From positions 1-47,837 of the forward strand of contig CAMNPQ010000001.1 in NCBI GenBank assembly GCA_946548305.1: 47,837 nucleotides of DNA. Direction: 5' to 3'. Position 1 is the first letter of the stretch; every line of letters begins with the position of its first letter. Positions 8,807-19,367 of this stretch are shown here, in pieces. Position numbers and translations under genes: made by a program. The notes under the pieces were generated by a model, which saw only the letters and a program-made list of their open reading frames with translations, was not told where the DNA came from and made no database searches. Origin of the DNA: an uncultured Pseudobutyrivibrio sp. (lineage in GTDB: Bacteria > Bacillota > Clostridia > Lachnospirales > Lachnospiraceae).

Positions 8807-11008
8807 CTATTTAGAAATTTTTGTCAGTTCTTCATTCATTGCCTTTATCTCTTCTTCTGTATAGTCAGGCTTTGCAAACTGGAAGAACTTATCCAGTGTA
8901 AATGTTCCTACCATATCTCTTATGGCATTTCCCACATCCGGCATTCGCTTGTCAATGATTGCCATTGCTTCGTCACTTGCAAGCAAATCGTTGATAGTCT
9001 CACGTATTGATAGAAATCCCTCTGGGAAAAGCTCTGCTTCTTCCTTTTCATCTAAAAACCAGTTTCTGACATTTACCCCTGGATGCTGATCCACATATAC
9101 ATATGCTTCATCAGCCTCAGTCTGACGGTTGAAAATCACTTCGTCGCTACAGCCGTTGGCTGTTGCAATTATTTTATTTTCTCCCATTGCAAGACCCACA
9201 GCATTAAAAATGGCACTGCCGTTTTTTACAGGAGATGTCAGCTGCCTGCCACCAATTTCAATAGTTACCTCTGGCTGATTTGAATAAACCTTTACTGTAA
9301 TTGTCTCTTGAGCTCGGTTTACATATCTTTTACTTGCAAAATGTACAAATGGAACCTTTGACCAGTTTGCCTTATAGTAATAAAAGCTGTCCTTTCTGGT
9401 CTTTCTATCAAATGTGACAAGCCCCTTTATGTTTCTATTTTTGATATTTGCAGCATGTCTGATAGGGCTTGTAAAGTCAAACATATTCCACACAAAGCTG
9501 CCCCATACAAAATCACGTTCAGCCATCATAGGATATACTGTTTCGTGATACAGAGCCTGAAATTCCTCTGTGTAATCGTTCACCTTTGGCTCATCTGTGT
9601 GGAACTGAATATTTGTATCTGCTCCATATTCGGAAATACCTAGAGGCATATCTGGATTTACCCTGTGGAATTCATCTAAGAATTTACCATGGTCGGCAAA
9701 CTCTCCATAATACCAGCCGTAGTAAATATTATAAGCTGTGGTGTCTGTCACCTGATTAAGAGGGCTATCAGGATGAACCACATTTAAATTTGCGCAGGTG
9801 GAAAATCTGGTAGAATCCAATTCATGAACAATGTCATTTAAAATATGCATTTTTTCTGCCATATATGGAAATTCACCATAGATAGCAATCTCATTTTGAA
9901 TTCCCCAAAAGCAGATGCTTGGATGATGCATGTTCTGAAGAATCATCTCCTTCAGCTGATTTTTTGCATTCTCAAACAGCTCCTCGTCCTCAGTAAGCTT
10001 TAAAAGCGGTATTTCTGCCCATACTACAAAGCCTATTTCATCACACAGGCTGTAAACCTCCTGTGGATGTGGGTAATGAGACAAGCGAACTGCATTGGCA
10101 CCTATCTCATGAATCAGCTCCATATCTGTCTTCCAGTTTTCCATTGTAGCTGCCGAAAATACACCATCTGTATCCTGATGCTTTGCAACTCCATGAAGCT
10201 TTACATGCTCATCATTCAAGAAAAATCCCTTGTTTGAATCCACAGCTATTTTTCTAAAGCCCACCTGTTTTTTGACACAATCCACTTCCTTGCCATCAAC
10301 TATAAGTGTTGCCTTTGCTGTATATAGCTTTGTGTCATCCACTCCATTCCAAAGTGTAGGTTTTTCTATCTCACATACCTTTTTTAAAGTGTCAGCTCCA
10401 TCTACCTTGTACACACTGTCACAAGAGCCTTCTATCGTATATACGATACTGGCATTTTGATTACCTGAAACAACAGCCTTAGCCCAAAGCTCGCCATTTC
10501 CTTTTTCATTTACCCTAGTCTGGAAAATCACACCATCACAGCCAAAGTAGGTTCTATCAAAACAGTCTGAGCCTGTCTCTATCAGCTCTACTTTTCTATG
10601 AATTCCACCAAATACGGCAAAATCTCCTGAAAGAGGAGAAACTGTAGTACACTTACCATTGCTGACCAGCACTGTAAGGATATTTTCACCAGCATTTAAA
10701 GCTTCTGTTAATTCTAAGGTAAAAGCTGTATATCCACCCTTGTGTTCTCCTAGTTTAACACCGTTTAAAAACACCTGGCATTCCCTATCAACACCATGAA
10801 ATTTTACAAATGTGCGCTGATTAGCTTTTTTGTCATAATTAAAAACCTTCTGATAAACGCCCTCTCCCTGATAATAGTCATTATCAGCATACCAGGTGTG
10901 AGGCAGGTTTATCTGCTCTAAAGCCTCAAGCTTGCCTGCAACATCAATTTCATTCCACGCCTGCTTTTTATATGCCCACATATCATTAAAGTCTTTATTT
11001 AAAATCAT
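8807..11008 (-). CDS. GH2 glycosidase, probable beta-glucuronidase
   Basis: LPHTW, GGIHR, RLSHYP, WGIQNE (acid/base), SEYGAD (nucleophile), WNMFDF and NIKG (NxKG motif). Confidence 0.9.
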   Translation of the reverse strand: MILNKDFNDMWAYKKQAWNEIDVAGKLEALEQINLPHTWYADNDYYQGEGVYQKVFNYDKKANQRTFVKFHGVDRECQVFLNGVKLGEHKGGYTAFTLELTEALNAGENILTVLVSNGKCTTVSPLSGDFAVFGGIHRKVELIETGSDCFDRTYFGCDGVIFQTRVNEKGNGELWAKAVVSGNQNASIVYTIEGSCDSVYKVDGADTLKKVCEIEKPTLWNGVDDTKLYTAKATLIVDGKEVDCVKKQVGFRKIAVDSNKGFFLNDEHVKLHGVAKHQDTDGVFSAATMENWKTDMELIHEIGANAVRLSHYPHPQEVYSLCDEIGFVVWAEIPLLKLTEDEELFENAKNQLKEMILQNMHHPSICFWGIQNEIAIYGEFPYMAEKMHILNDIVHELDSTRFSTCANLNVVHPDSPLNQVTDTTAYNIYYGWYYGEFADHGKFLDEFHRVNPDMPLGISEYGADTNIQFHTDEPKVNDYTEEFQALYHETVYPMMAERDFVWGSFVWNMFDFTSPIRHAANIKNRNIKGLVTFDRKTRKDSFYYYKANWSKVPFVHFASKRYVNRAQETITVKVYSNQPEVTIEIGGRQLTSPVKNGSAIFNAVGLAMGENKIIATANGCSDEVIFNRQTEADEAYVYVDQHPGVNVRNWFLDEKEEAELFPEGFLSIRETINDLLASDEAMAIIDKRMPDVGNAIRDMVGTFTLDKFFQFAKPDYTEEEIKAMNEELTKISK

Positions 11009-11036
11009 TTTTATCCTCCAACTTGCATTTTCTTAC

Positions 11037-11094
11037 ATGATATCACTTTCCTTGCAAGATGAATAGAAATTTATATGACAAAATAGCAATATTT
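11037..11094 (-). promoter_or_regulatory. Putative activator site plus extended -10 (shared motif, copy 2)
   Basis: Minus strand AAATATTGCTATTTTGTCATATAAATTTCTATT, then 19 nt ending in TGA, then TATCAT (11042-11037). Confidence 0.65.
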
Positions 11095-11144
11095 TTCCCA
11101 GGTGTTACATGTGTATCTCCCCCAGTAAGTGATAATGAATATCC

Positions 11145-12446
11145 TCAAATATAACTACCCAAATGTGCAAGACTTGGCTTTGGTTTTCTTATTTGTGTCA
11201 CCCTATCCACTTCACACAAACCAAAGGTCAGTGCGTAGCCCTTTTGCCATTCAAAATTATCAAGCAATGACCAATGGCAGTATCCCTTTACCGGGATGCC
11301 ATCATTTATGCACTTTTGAACACCAGCTAAGGCTGTATCTATAAATGAAATGCGTTCTTTGTCATCTGCTGTAGCAATTCCATTTTCAGTTACTATAATA
11401 TCTACTCCTGGAAGTTCAGCATTTACTTTTCTGATAACGTGTTCTAAGGCTTCTGGATAAACCTCATAATCCATGAGGGTCATAGGTGTACCCTCTGGTA
11501 CTGGAACTATCCCATCAGCTCCATAAACAGTTCTTGTATAATTTTGAAGTCCAAAGAAATCATCATCCTTTATGTATTCTATGTAATGACCAAACTCTTC
11601 ATTCCACTCCTTATTGGCTGCTTCTTCTCCCCCGGTGATCCACTGGCAGTCATGTAGGGATAATGTAATGCCTACCTTGATATTAGGATTCACTGATTTT
11701 ATTGCAGCCTTGGCAGCCTGATGTGCCTTGATAACAATCATATCGCCATTTTCATCAGTCGCAGAAACAAATGTATGAGGCTGTGGCACGCCAAATACTT
11801 TTACATTTTCCTCTGCAATCTTTTTCATCTTCTCCATTGGGTTTTCAAGATTTAGTCCTACCTGAACCTGACCTTCCATGGAAGCATTATCGGCTGATTC
11901 ATTATTCCCAGCCATTTTTGCCATCATTTGCTTCTTAAAGCGCTCCATCAGCGCACCAATCTGCAGGCGCATATTTGCCTCATTGATTGTGCAAATATAA
12001 TTTATTTCTGAACCCAACTGCTCTACTACATACTTAGCATAATTTGCAAAAAGCTCTACCACCTGTTCATTATCCCAGCCACCAAGCTTTATAAGCCATG
12101 CAGGTGATGTGAAATGCATCAACGTAATAAGTGGCTCCACACCATTTGCCCTGCAACACTTTATCACCTTTCGATAATGCTCTATTTCTTTTTCATCAAA
12201 ATGCCCCTGTTCAGGCTCAATCCTTGCCCACTCTACAGAAAAACGGTATGTATTCAATCCCGCAGCTGCAAGCATTTTTATATCTTCTTCATATTTATTG
12301 TAATGGTCAACAGCAGCTCCCGAAGGCTCTACAAACTGGGAATACTCCATATTTTCCATTAACCAATAGTCAGAATTTTTATTGTTTCCCTCTACCTGAT
12401 GAGCAGCTGTAGATGCTCCCAACATAAAACTTTCATCAAATTTCAT
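11145..12446 (-). CDS. GH1 beta-glycosidase
   Basis: GASTAAHQVEG, YRFSVEWARIEP, TINEA (acid/base), VTENG (nucleophile), WSLLDNFEW. Confidence 0.93.
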   Translation of the reverse strand: MKFDESFMLGASTAAHQVEGNNKNSDYWLMENMEYSQFVEPSGAAVDHYNKYEEDIKMLAAAGLNTYRFSVEWARIEPEQGHFDEKEIEHYRKVIKCCRANGVEPLITLMHFTSPAWLIKLGGWDNEQVVELFANYAKYVVEQLGSEINYICTINEANMRLQIGALMERFKKQMMAKMAGNNESADNASMEGQVQVGLNLENPMEKMKKIAEENVKVFGVPQPHTFVSATDENGDMIVIKAHQAAKAAIKSVNPNIKVGITLSLHDCQWITGGEEAANKEWNEEFGHYIEYIKDDDFFGLQNYTRTVYGADGIVPVPEGTPMTLMDYEVYPEALEHVIRKVNAELPGVDIIVTENGIATADDKERISFIDTALAGVQKCINDGIPVKGYCHWSLLDNFEWQKGYALTFGLCEVDRVTQIRKPKPSLAHLGSYI

Positions 12447-12455
12447 TCTAATCTC

Positions 12456-14663
12456 CTATTTTTTTATTTGATTCAACGCCGTGTTAATATCAATGACCTC
12501 AGGGCTGTTTAAATCCATGCCAACTTGAGTCAAAAGCTTTTTTAAGGGTTGACGTGCAATCATTGCCTGCATAGAGGGGGTCATTTCCACTCCAGCTCCC
12601 ATACCTCCTGCAGTCTTTGATGTCATTATTGACATCACTTTGTCTAACACAGCCTTGCCTTCTGGAGAAACTCCTATTTCTCCCATCGAGCTATTTAGTG
12701 ATAAATATCCCTCTGGAGTCTCAAATTCCTCCTGTGGTTCATCAAACCAGTTTCGCACCTCTTCTGACGATGCAAAATAGTTAGGATTTGGCTCAGCTAC
12801 CTTTGCAATCTCCATCTCATCAACCTGATTTCCAGAGACAGCTTTTATCTTATGCACTCCACTTATTTTCACATTAAACTTAAATACGTGTTCGCCCGTG
12901 ATTGTGCCCACCTGTACATCATCCACAAATAAAGTGACACTCTTTTGATTGCTGTATACCTTGATTTCAGTTTCTTCCTCCACTCTGTCGTGATATCTTC
13001 TTCCGCAAAGGTGTACAAATGGCTCATCGGTCCACCAAGCCTTGTAGATATAGTAAGCATCCTTTTTCTGCTTTCTATCAAAGGTGATTACACCCTTATG
13101 GTTCTTGCCTGGGTCACCTGCCTCATCACGTCCAGCTGCTGCAAATTCAAACATATTCCAAAGATAGGTACCCCAAATATAAGGGCGTTTTGAAAACATT
13201 TCCAGCATATGCTCATGATAAATAGCCTGATAACTTTCTGTATAATCGCCCTTTTCAGGCTTTGGTGATTGTAACGTAATTACGGAGTCAGCACCATACT
13301 CTGTAAGTCCAATGGCAACCTCAGGATGATCCCTGTGAAAATCATCAAACCACTTGTCATTATCCTCTACATCCCCTACATACCAGCCATAGTATAGGTT
13401 ATAGCCCCTAATATCTGGCAAGGTAACAAGCGGAGAATCTGTCTCCAACAAAAACAGATTAGCCATTGCTGAATATCTGTTAGGATCCATTTCATGAACC
13501 AAATCATTTAGTATTCTGTGGTTTTCCATCAAATCTTCTGTAACACCCTGCAGAGTAATTTCATTAGAGAGGGCCCAGCAAATAATTGATGCATGATTAT
13601 AGTTTTGTGTTATAAGCTCCTTCATCTGAGAGATTGTGTTCTCTCTACCTGTATCCATATGAACAGTTATGTAAGGAATCTCAGCCCATGCGATAATACC
13701 CTTTTCATCACACAAATCGTAGAAATACTGATCGTGCTGATAGTGTGCAAGCCTAATAGAATTAGCTCCCATAGAAAGAATTATATCCATATCCTCAGCA
13801 TGCATTTCCTTTGTAAGAGCATTTCCAACACCAGCTCTATCCTGATGACGTGATACGCCGTGAAGTGGATAGCTTCTGCCATTTAAGAAGAAGCCCTTTT
13901 CTGGGTCAACATGGAATTCTCGAACTCCAAATTTATCGTATATACGGTCTACCTCAACGCCGTCAGCAACAAGTGTTGCCACTACCTTATATAGATATGG
14001 GTCCTTCAAGCCATCCCAACGATGGGGATTTTCAATTGTTATGCAGCCTTTAGCTACCCTTTTTCCAGCCTCCTCGGTAATTGTTAGTTCTTGCTCTCCA
14101 ACTCCATCTACAGATACTACAACTTTATCACCATTGCCTGTTACATAAGCTTTGAACTCTACCTCAGCTTTACCATCCTTTAGCACTGGTGTTATATAAA
14201 GTCCATTTCCTCCGAAATAATCCAAATCAAAATGGCTCTCATCAACTATAACCAAATACACATCTCTGTATATTCCACCGTAGAATGTGAAATCTGCTTT
14301 TTGAGGATATACCTTATCATTAGGTTCATTAGATACATAAACCTTTAATTCATTTTTGTTAGCAAGATAATCTGTTAAATCTGCCCTGAAAGTAGAATAT
14401 CCACCATCATGTGAAGCCACTTCCTGTCCATTCAAATATACCTTGCAGGAAGAATTAACTCCTCGAAATTCTATATAGCATCTCTGATTAGACTCCACCA
14501 GTGGTCTATCGAATTCTTTGATGTAGGTACAAATTCCTCTATAATACTGCTCTGGTCCAGTCTGTCCATCCACAGAATTCCAAGTATGAGGAAGATTTAT
14601 CTTTTCTTCCTTTCCTTCTTTTATGAAAGACCAATTATCATTTAATAAGTATTCGTTTCTCAT
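12456..14663 (-). CDS. GH2 glycosidase, probable beta-glucuronidase (resembles FMN-binding GUS clade)
   Basis: LPHTWN, YGGIYRDV, HFDLDYFG, RLAHYQH, WALSNE, TEYGAD, NHKG. Confidence 0.9.
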   Translation of the reverse strand: MRNEYLLNDNWSFIKEGKEEKINLPHTWNSVDGQTGPEQYYRGICTYIKEFDRPLVESNQRCYIEFRGVNSSCKVYLNGQEVASHDGGYSTFRADLTDYLANKNELKVYVSNEPNDKVYPQKADFTFYGGIYRDVYLVIVDESHFDLDYFGGNGLYITPVLKDGKAEVEFKAYVTGNGDKVVVSVDGVGEQELTITEEAGKRVAKGCITIENPHRWDGLKDPYLYKVVATLVADGVEVDRIYDKFGVREFHVDPEKGFFLNGRSYPLHGVSRHQDRAGVGNALTKEMHAEDMDIILSMGANSIRLAHYQHDQYFYDLCDEKGIIAWAEIPYITVHMDTGRENTISQMKELITQNYNHASIICWALSNEITLQGVTEDLMENHRILNDLVHEMDPNRYSAMANLFLLETDSPLVTLPDIRGYNLYYGWYVGDVEDNDKWFDDFHRDHPEVAIGLTEYGADSVITLQSPKPEKGDYTESYQAIYHEHMLEMFSKRPYIWGTYLWNMFEFAAAGRDEAGDPGKNHKGVITFDRKQKKDAYYIYKAWWTDEPFVHLCGRRYHDRVEEETEIKVYSNQKSVTLFVDDVQVGTITGEHVFKFNVKISGVHKIKAVSGNQVDEMEIAKVAEPNPNYFASSEEVRNWFDEPQEEFETPEGYLSLNSSMGEIGVSPEGKAVLDKVMSIMTSKTAGGMGAGVEMTPSMQAMIARQPLKKLLTQVGMDLNSPEVIDINTALNQIKK

Positions 14664-14675
14664 TTACATTCCCCT

Positions 14676-16493
14676 TTAGCTTTTTAAATTAGCTGTAGTT
14701 CCTTCTGTAATTCCATTTTCATTAAATGCATCTACTCGAACACAGTAATTTCTGCCTTTTACTAAGGCTCCAATTCTTTTACTATCCAAAACTGCCTCAT
14801 TACCATAGACTATACAGCTATGATAAAGCTTATCCTGTGACGAACCCCAAAGTATCAAATGACCTGTTGCACCATCTTCTGCTATTTGCACTTCCATATC
14901 CAAATCTGATGTTCTCTTTGCCTTAAATGCAGGCTTGTCTGGAAGACTTCCATCACCTAAGCCAAACACTCTTAACCCGGATACTACAGGCACTTGTCCA
15001 TAAGGCACCTCCATATTAGATAGTCTTATGTACCTAAGTTGTTTTCCAGAATCTATTAATACAAAATCATGTGATAAATCCGTATTTACGTTAGTTTTAT
15101 CTGAAAGCACTTCCCACTGAATGCCGTCTTGTGAACCTTCTAGCTTCCATCTGGTAACCAAATCTCTTTCTTCGATATACCTAGCCTGTGTAGTGCCTCT
15201 GATTTCCCCAGGACATTCTATATTAATGTCATAGTCACCAAAATTTATTTGAATACCATGAACATCATAAACATCCATCAAATCTACTGTGAGCCACTCT
15301 TCCTTGCTAGAGGTTGATGGTCTCCAAAAGGTTTGAACATTCTCCTCGATAGCTTTTTGTGGTTCAAATCCAACAGCAAAGCTACTAGCTGAAGCATTTT
15401 TTCCACTGCTTAAAAGCATCCATTCTGGAGCTTTCCAGATATCCTGTTTGCCCTCACAGATTTCGTAAGGCCAATCTCCATATCTTTGATTGCAAACCAG
15501 TTCTCCATCCTCATCAAAACCAGCTGGCCATATTCCCACTCTTCTTTCAAAATCATGGTTAACACTGATACGCATAGTTGCGGTATGCCAAACATTACCG
15601 CTTTTATCAGTCATTGTTGAACCATGGCCTGCTCCTGGCAAAAAGCCCCCTGGATTGTAGGAATAAGGAGCGTTATCAGCAAGAGAGAATGGTCCTAGAG
15701 GATTGTCAGACACATAGACACCATCACCATAGGTGTTGTATTGAGTGCCGGCAAATGCATATTGCAAATAGTATTTTCCATTATGCTTATCCATCCAAGC
15801 ACCTTCTATGTATGGTTTTCTTGAAAACATACCTCTAATGAATGGCCTTAGTTGCTCAGGTACACTATCCTCACTTTGGCCTTTGGATTTAAAGAAATTT
15901 TGATATGCATTTTCTATCTCTTCTTCACTTGCTGGAAGAAGAGAGTTATCTTCGCCAATTCTTTCAAACCCGTACTCGGCAGGGTGTCCTAAAATCAGCT
16001 CTACCTTTTCCCCCTTTGGATTCATAGTAACTGGATCCAGTTCGCAACCATAGATAGGAGTCATATTAGAGCATCCCCAATAGAAATAAATCCTATTATC
16101 ATCATCGATAAACAAATTAGGATCCCAATAAGGAAAATTGCCTTCGATTTTCTCGTATGGACCATTTAAGATGTCTTTTGTTCTATACCTATCGCAATTT
16201 TCATCACGTTTAGATGCGCAAAAATATACATAATCCCCTAGCACCCTTACGTCAGGAGCGTAGTCATAAAGTGGTAGCTCCTGTGGTAATTTGTGATTTT
16301 CCCAATGAGCCAAATCATCTGATACCCAAACTCCAAGCGTCATAGATGCAAATATATAATATCTGCCCTTGAATAGAATCATAGAAGGATCAGCTGCTTC
16401 CCTACATATCTGTAGCTTTCCGCCGTTCCTTTGATCCATATTAAATTGATAACGATAATTAATATTTACTGGATTACATGTATATTTTTTCAT
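14676..16493 (-). CDS. GH43 glycosidase with C-terminal discoidin/CBM32-like and FN3-like domains
   Basis: AADP, YAPDV, WDPNLF, YIEGAW and GHGS propeller motifs; later ASASS...WLTVDL...RYIRL (F5/8 type C pattern). Confidence 0.85.
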   Translation of the reverse strand: MKKYTCNPVNINYRYQFNMDQRNGGKLQICREAADPSMILFKGRYYIFASMTLGVWVSDDLAHWENHKLPQELPLYDYAPDVRVLGDYVYFCASKRDENCDRYRTKDILNGPYEKIEGNFPYWDPNLFIDDDNRIYFYWGCSNMTPIYGCELDPVTMNPKGEKVELILGHPAEYGFERIGEDNSLLPASEEEIENAYQNFFKSKGQSEDSVPEQLRPFIRGMFSRKPYIEGAWMDKHNGKYYLQYAFAGTQYNTYGDGVYVSDNPLGPFSLADNAPYSYNPGGFLPGAGHGSTMTDKSGNVWHTATMRISVNHDFERRVGIWPAGFDEDGELVCNQRYGDWPYEICEGKQDIWKAPEWMLLSSGKNASASSFAVGFEPQKAIEENVQTFWRPSTSSKEEWLTVDLMDVYDVHGIQINFGDYDINIECPGEIRGTTQARYIEERDLVTRWKLEGSQDGIQWEVLSDKTNVNTDLSHDFVLIDSGKQLRYIRLSNMEVPYGQVPVVSGLRVFGLGDGSLPDKPAFKAKRTSDLDMEVQIAEDGATGHLILWGSSQDKLYHSCIVYGNEAVLDSKRIGALVKGRNYCVRVDAFNENGITEGTTANLKS

Positions 16494-16501
16494 TTTGCCT
16501 C

Positions 16502-17980
16502 CTAAACTGCTTCTTGTTTTAATGCTTCCTTCTTTTCAACGATACGGCACTGAACATTTACCATTTCACTTCTAGTTAGCTTACAGAATCTCATAGCAAT
16601 AAGTGTTATTAACCATCCGCAAATTGCCAAGCCATATCGAAGACATAATGTCATCCAAAATACTCCTGGTGTCATTGGATCCCCTGGCTGTGGCATTGTA
16701 GTTGTGTAACCAACCAGCGCTACTGCTGCTGTGGCAATTGCAGCTGAAAATGATGAAACAATCTTATCTACAAAGCTATATGTGCCTGCCACAACAGCTG
16801 GGACATATTTGCCACTTCTATCAAGCTCATAGTCAATTACATCTGCCATAAAGCCTGTGTTTGCTGTAGTTACACACATTGAAAAACCATTGCATATAAA
16901 TGTAAATAATACATATAAAATAAGTGTTATTCCCATACTTGCAATAGAATGTGTTCCAACAGTAAATCTAGTGATAACAAAGAATAGGCATATGCCCAGG
17001 TTTGCAAATATACAATTTCTAGACCATGTAACAATTGACTCCATGTGACCATGCTTACCTGCATATTTTGCACCATAAGCTGCAAAAAGTATGGATGGGA
17101 GCATACCTATCATATTGAGAATTGTAGCAAGTCCCATATTTCCGATTATGATACCGTTTAACATAGTGCCAACAATGGAAGCTGAGCTTGCCTGTTGAGC
17201 AATTTTATCTGATGCATTCGATGCAATATAGCACTGCAAAGGCTTATTGTTCTTTAAAACATTGAGCATATCCTTAAATTTCAAACGCTCTTTTTTTGCC
17301 AAGCCTTCAAAATTTTCCATCTTATCATATTCAGATACGCCAAGGCACACTATGCACACTCCCACAAAAGAAATTACTACACATAGCCAGGTTACTACAT
17401 TTAGAAATTCCTGGCTAAAGCTGCCTCCCATCCTAGGCATAATCATACTATACACAAGAATGTTTAAGATCATTGGTGTTATATAATTGAATATAGTCTG
17501 CCAAACACCTACAGTAGGTCTTTGTTTTGGGTCATTAGTTAAAAGTGCAGGAAGGGTCTGTGCCGTCATGTTAACCAAAGTATAGCCAATAACATATATC
17601 ATGTAGAAAATCAAAAATACAGCTACACCATGTCCTTTGCTTGAGAAAAAGTTGAACATGCAAAGTAATCCCAAGGACTGAATCAACCAACCACCTAACA
17701 AAAGTGGACGTACCTTTCCAAATGGAGTATTAACTCTATCATACAAAAATGCTAAAAGTGGGTCTGTTATAGCATCAAAAATTCTTGTAAATGTAAGAAG
17801 GCCGCCCACTATCAAAGTTGCAATCCCATAACCAATGCTTGCAGAATAGCTGGCTAAGCCTATTAAGAAATATACTGCCATGCCATTAAAACCATTAAAA
17901 GCAATACATATAATTTGCCATAGCTTGGCCTTACGATATTGAACATTACCACTTGCCATGCCTAAATTTGAATTATCCAT
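16502..17980 (-). CDS. GPH:cation symporter, paralogue of 1876-3396
   Basis: Start moved to ATG 17980 (MDNSNLG, after GAAAGGGG). RIFDAITDP, SDKIAQQ and ADVIDYELDRSGKYVP match the first transporter (AKWWQI/AKLWQI, SGKYVP). Confidence 0.92.
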   Translation of the reverse strand: MDNSNLGMASGNVQYRKAKLWQIICIAFNGFNGMAVYFLIGLASYSASIGYGIATLIVGGLLTFTRIFDAITDPLLAFLYDRVNTPFGKVRPLLLGGWLIQSLGLLCMFNFFSSKGHGVAVFLIFYMIYVIGYTLVNMTAQTLPALLTNDPKQRPTVGVWQTIFNYITPMILNILVYSMIMPRMGGSFSQEFLNVVTWLCVVISFVGVCIVCLGVSEYDKMENFEGLAKKERLKFKDMLNVLKNNKPLQCYIASNASDKIAQQASSASIVGTMLNGIIIGNMGLATILNMIGMLPSILFAAYGAKYAGKHGHMESIVTWSRNCIFANLGICLFFVITRFTVGTHSIASMGITLILYVLFTFICNGFSMCVTTANTGFMADVIDYELDRSGKYVPAVVAGTYSFVDKIVSSFSAAIATAAVALVGYTTTMPQPGDPMTPGVFWMTLCLRYGLAICGWLITLIAMRFCKLTRSEMVNVQCRIVEKKEALKQEAV

Positions 17981-18036
17981 TATAAACCCCTTTCGAAATA
18001 AATAACTAAATGGTAGAAAGCTTTCTTTGTGACAAT

Positions 18037-18094
18037 ATAGTAGCATGTAGGAATATTCTATGATAGAATTATATTACCTTTATTAGCATTATTT
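18037..18094 (-). promoter_or_regulatory. Putative activator site plus extended -10 (shared motif, copy 3, more diverged)
   Basis: Minus strand AAATAATGCTAATAAAGGTAATATAATTCTATC, then 19 nt ending in TGC, then TACTAT (18042-18037). Confidence 0.5.
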
Positions 18095-18113
18095 TATCTT
18101 ATTATGAGGTTAT

Positions 18114-19316
18114 ATGAACACACAATTATTTTTGAAACTAATTTCAAATCTTCTTGATGTACCTGTATTTGATGGTACCGATATGGATGATACCCTAAAA
18201 CACATAGAGGAAAACTATTGTATTAATAAGACTCTGCAGCCAATGTACACAGCAGATGCTCTACACTATCTTATCCGCTCAGCCAAGCCCGATGTCCTTT
18301 ACGAAATTATTGATTACTTAAATATAAGTATTTCCTTTTTTATATTTGATAGTAAGATATTTCTACTCGGTCCCTACGCGAAAGGTGAGTTTTCAGAATC
18401 TGCCATGGATGAGCTATTAATCAAAAACAAATTACCAAGCTCTATGGTTATGCAGCTTAGACTTTACTGTACTAAATTTAACATAATCACAACCAATCAA
18501 ATCCAAAACACAATCACTCAGGTATTATCTGCCCTAGAAGATACCACTATATCTTTTGATTACCGTCGTCTATCTGGTTTTATTGCAGACACAAGTGATA
18601 TTAATTCAGACGAAAAAATTCTATCAGAAACTAATTACAGTGAAATTTATCGGCGCTATGACTCAGAAAATAGATTTTTAAATGCAATACGTCTAGGGGA
18701 TATCGATAATGTTTTCAATGCTTTTAGCGACATGGCTCAAAACTCCTTTACTGCCCTTGCCACAAAAGAAGTGCGCAGCTATTATCTTTCCCCAGCCTCT
18801 TTTTCAATTATAATTGCCATTACCAGAAAAGCTGCGGAGCAATCTGGTTTATCCGTAATTACGATAAATAATATTACTCAAAAATATGTACAACGATTTT
18901 CTGTAAACAATAACAGCTCTCATCAGAACATTATAGCCGATTACATAGTTGAGCTGGTAAATGCTGTAAAAGAGCACCGCCTAGCATATGCTTCTTACTC
19001 CAAACATGTGGTCAAAGCAATCCAATACATGGATTTGCACCTAAGTGAACCAATAACCATAGAAGACATTGCAGCCGCTGCAAATTTGTCGGTGTCTCAC
19101 TTTTCGAGAATTTTCAAATCAGAGGTAGGCGAAACCGCCATGAGCACCTTGGCAAAAATGCGATGCAAAAAAGCTGCTACACTCCTAAAGGAAACAAATC
19201 TTCCTGTAGGAGAAATCAGCAGCTTCGTGGGATATTCTGATAATAATTATTTTGTCAAGGTTTTTAAAAAAATTTACGGGGTCACACCAAGCGAATATAG
19301 AAAAGCAAAAGCTTAA
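18114..19316 (+). CDS. AraC-family transcriptional regulator (~400-aa type)
   Basis: SHFSRIFKSEVG...VGYSDNNYFVKVFKKIYGVTPSEYRK. Confidence 0.95.
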   Translation: MNTQLFLKLISNLLDVPVFDGTDMDDTLKHIEENYCINKTLQPMYTADALHYLIRSAKPDVLYEIIDYLNISISFFIFDSKIFLLGPYAKGEFSESAMDELLIKNKLPSSMVMQLRLYCTKFNIITTNQIQNTITQVLSALEDTTISFDYRRLSGFIADTSDINSDEKILSETNYSEIYRRYDSENRFLNAIRLGDIDNVFNAFSDMAQNSFTALATKEVRSYYLSPASFSIIIAITRKAAEQSGLSVITINNITQKYVQRFSVNNNSSHQNIIADYIVELVNAVKEHRLAYASYSKHVVKAIQYMDLHLSEPITIEDIAAAANLSVSHFSRIFKSEVGETAMSTLAKMRCKKAATLLKETNLPVGEISSFVGYSDNNYFVKVFKKIYGVTPSEYRKAKA

Positions 19317-19367
19317 TATTCATATTGCAATATCTCTATTTCGTTGCATCTTCTTTTAATATTGATG

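Noticed and set aside
17981-18046. N-terminal extension of the transporter ORF (MLLYCHK...)
   Set aside because: It overlaps the predicted promoter; the RBS and the paralogue support a start at 17980
19322-19333. Perfect palindrome ATATTGCAATAT between convergent genes
   Set aside because: Short, AT-rich, no loop and no promoter context
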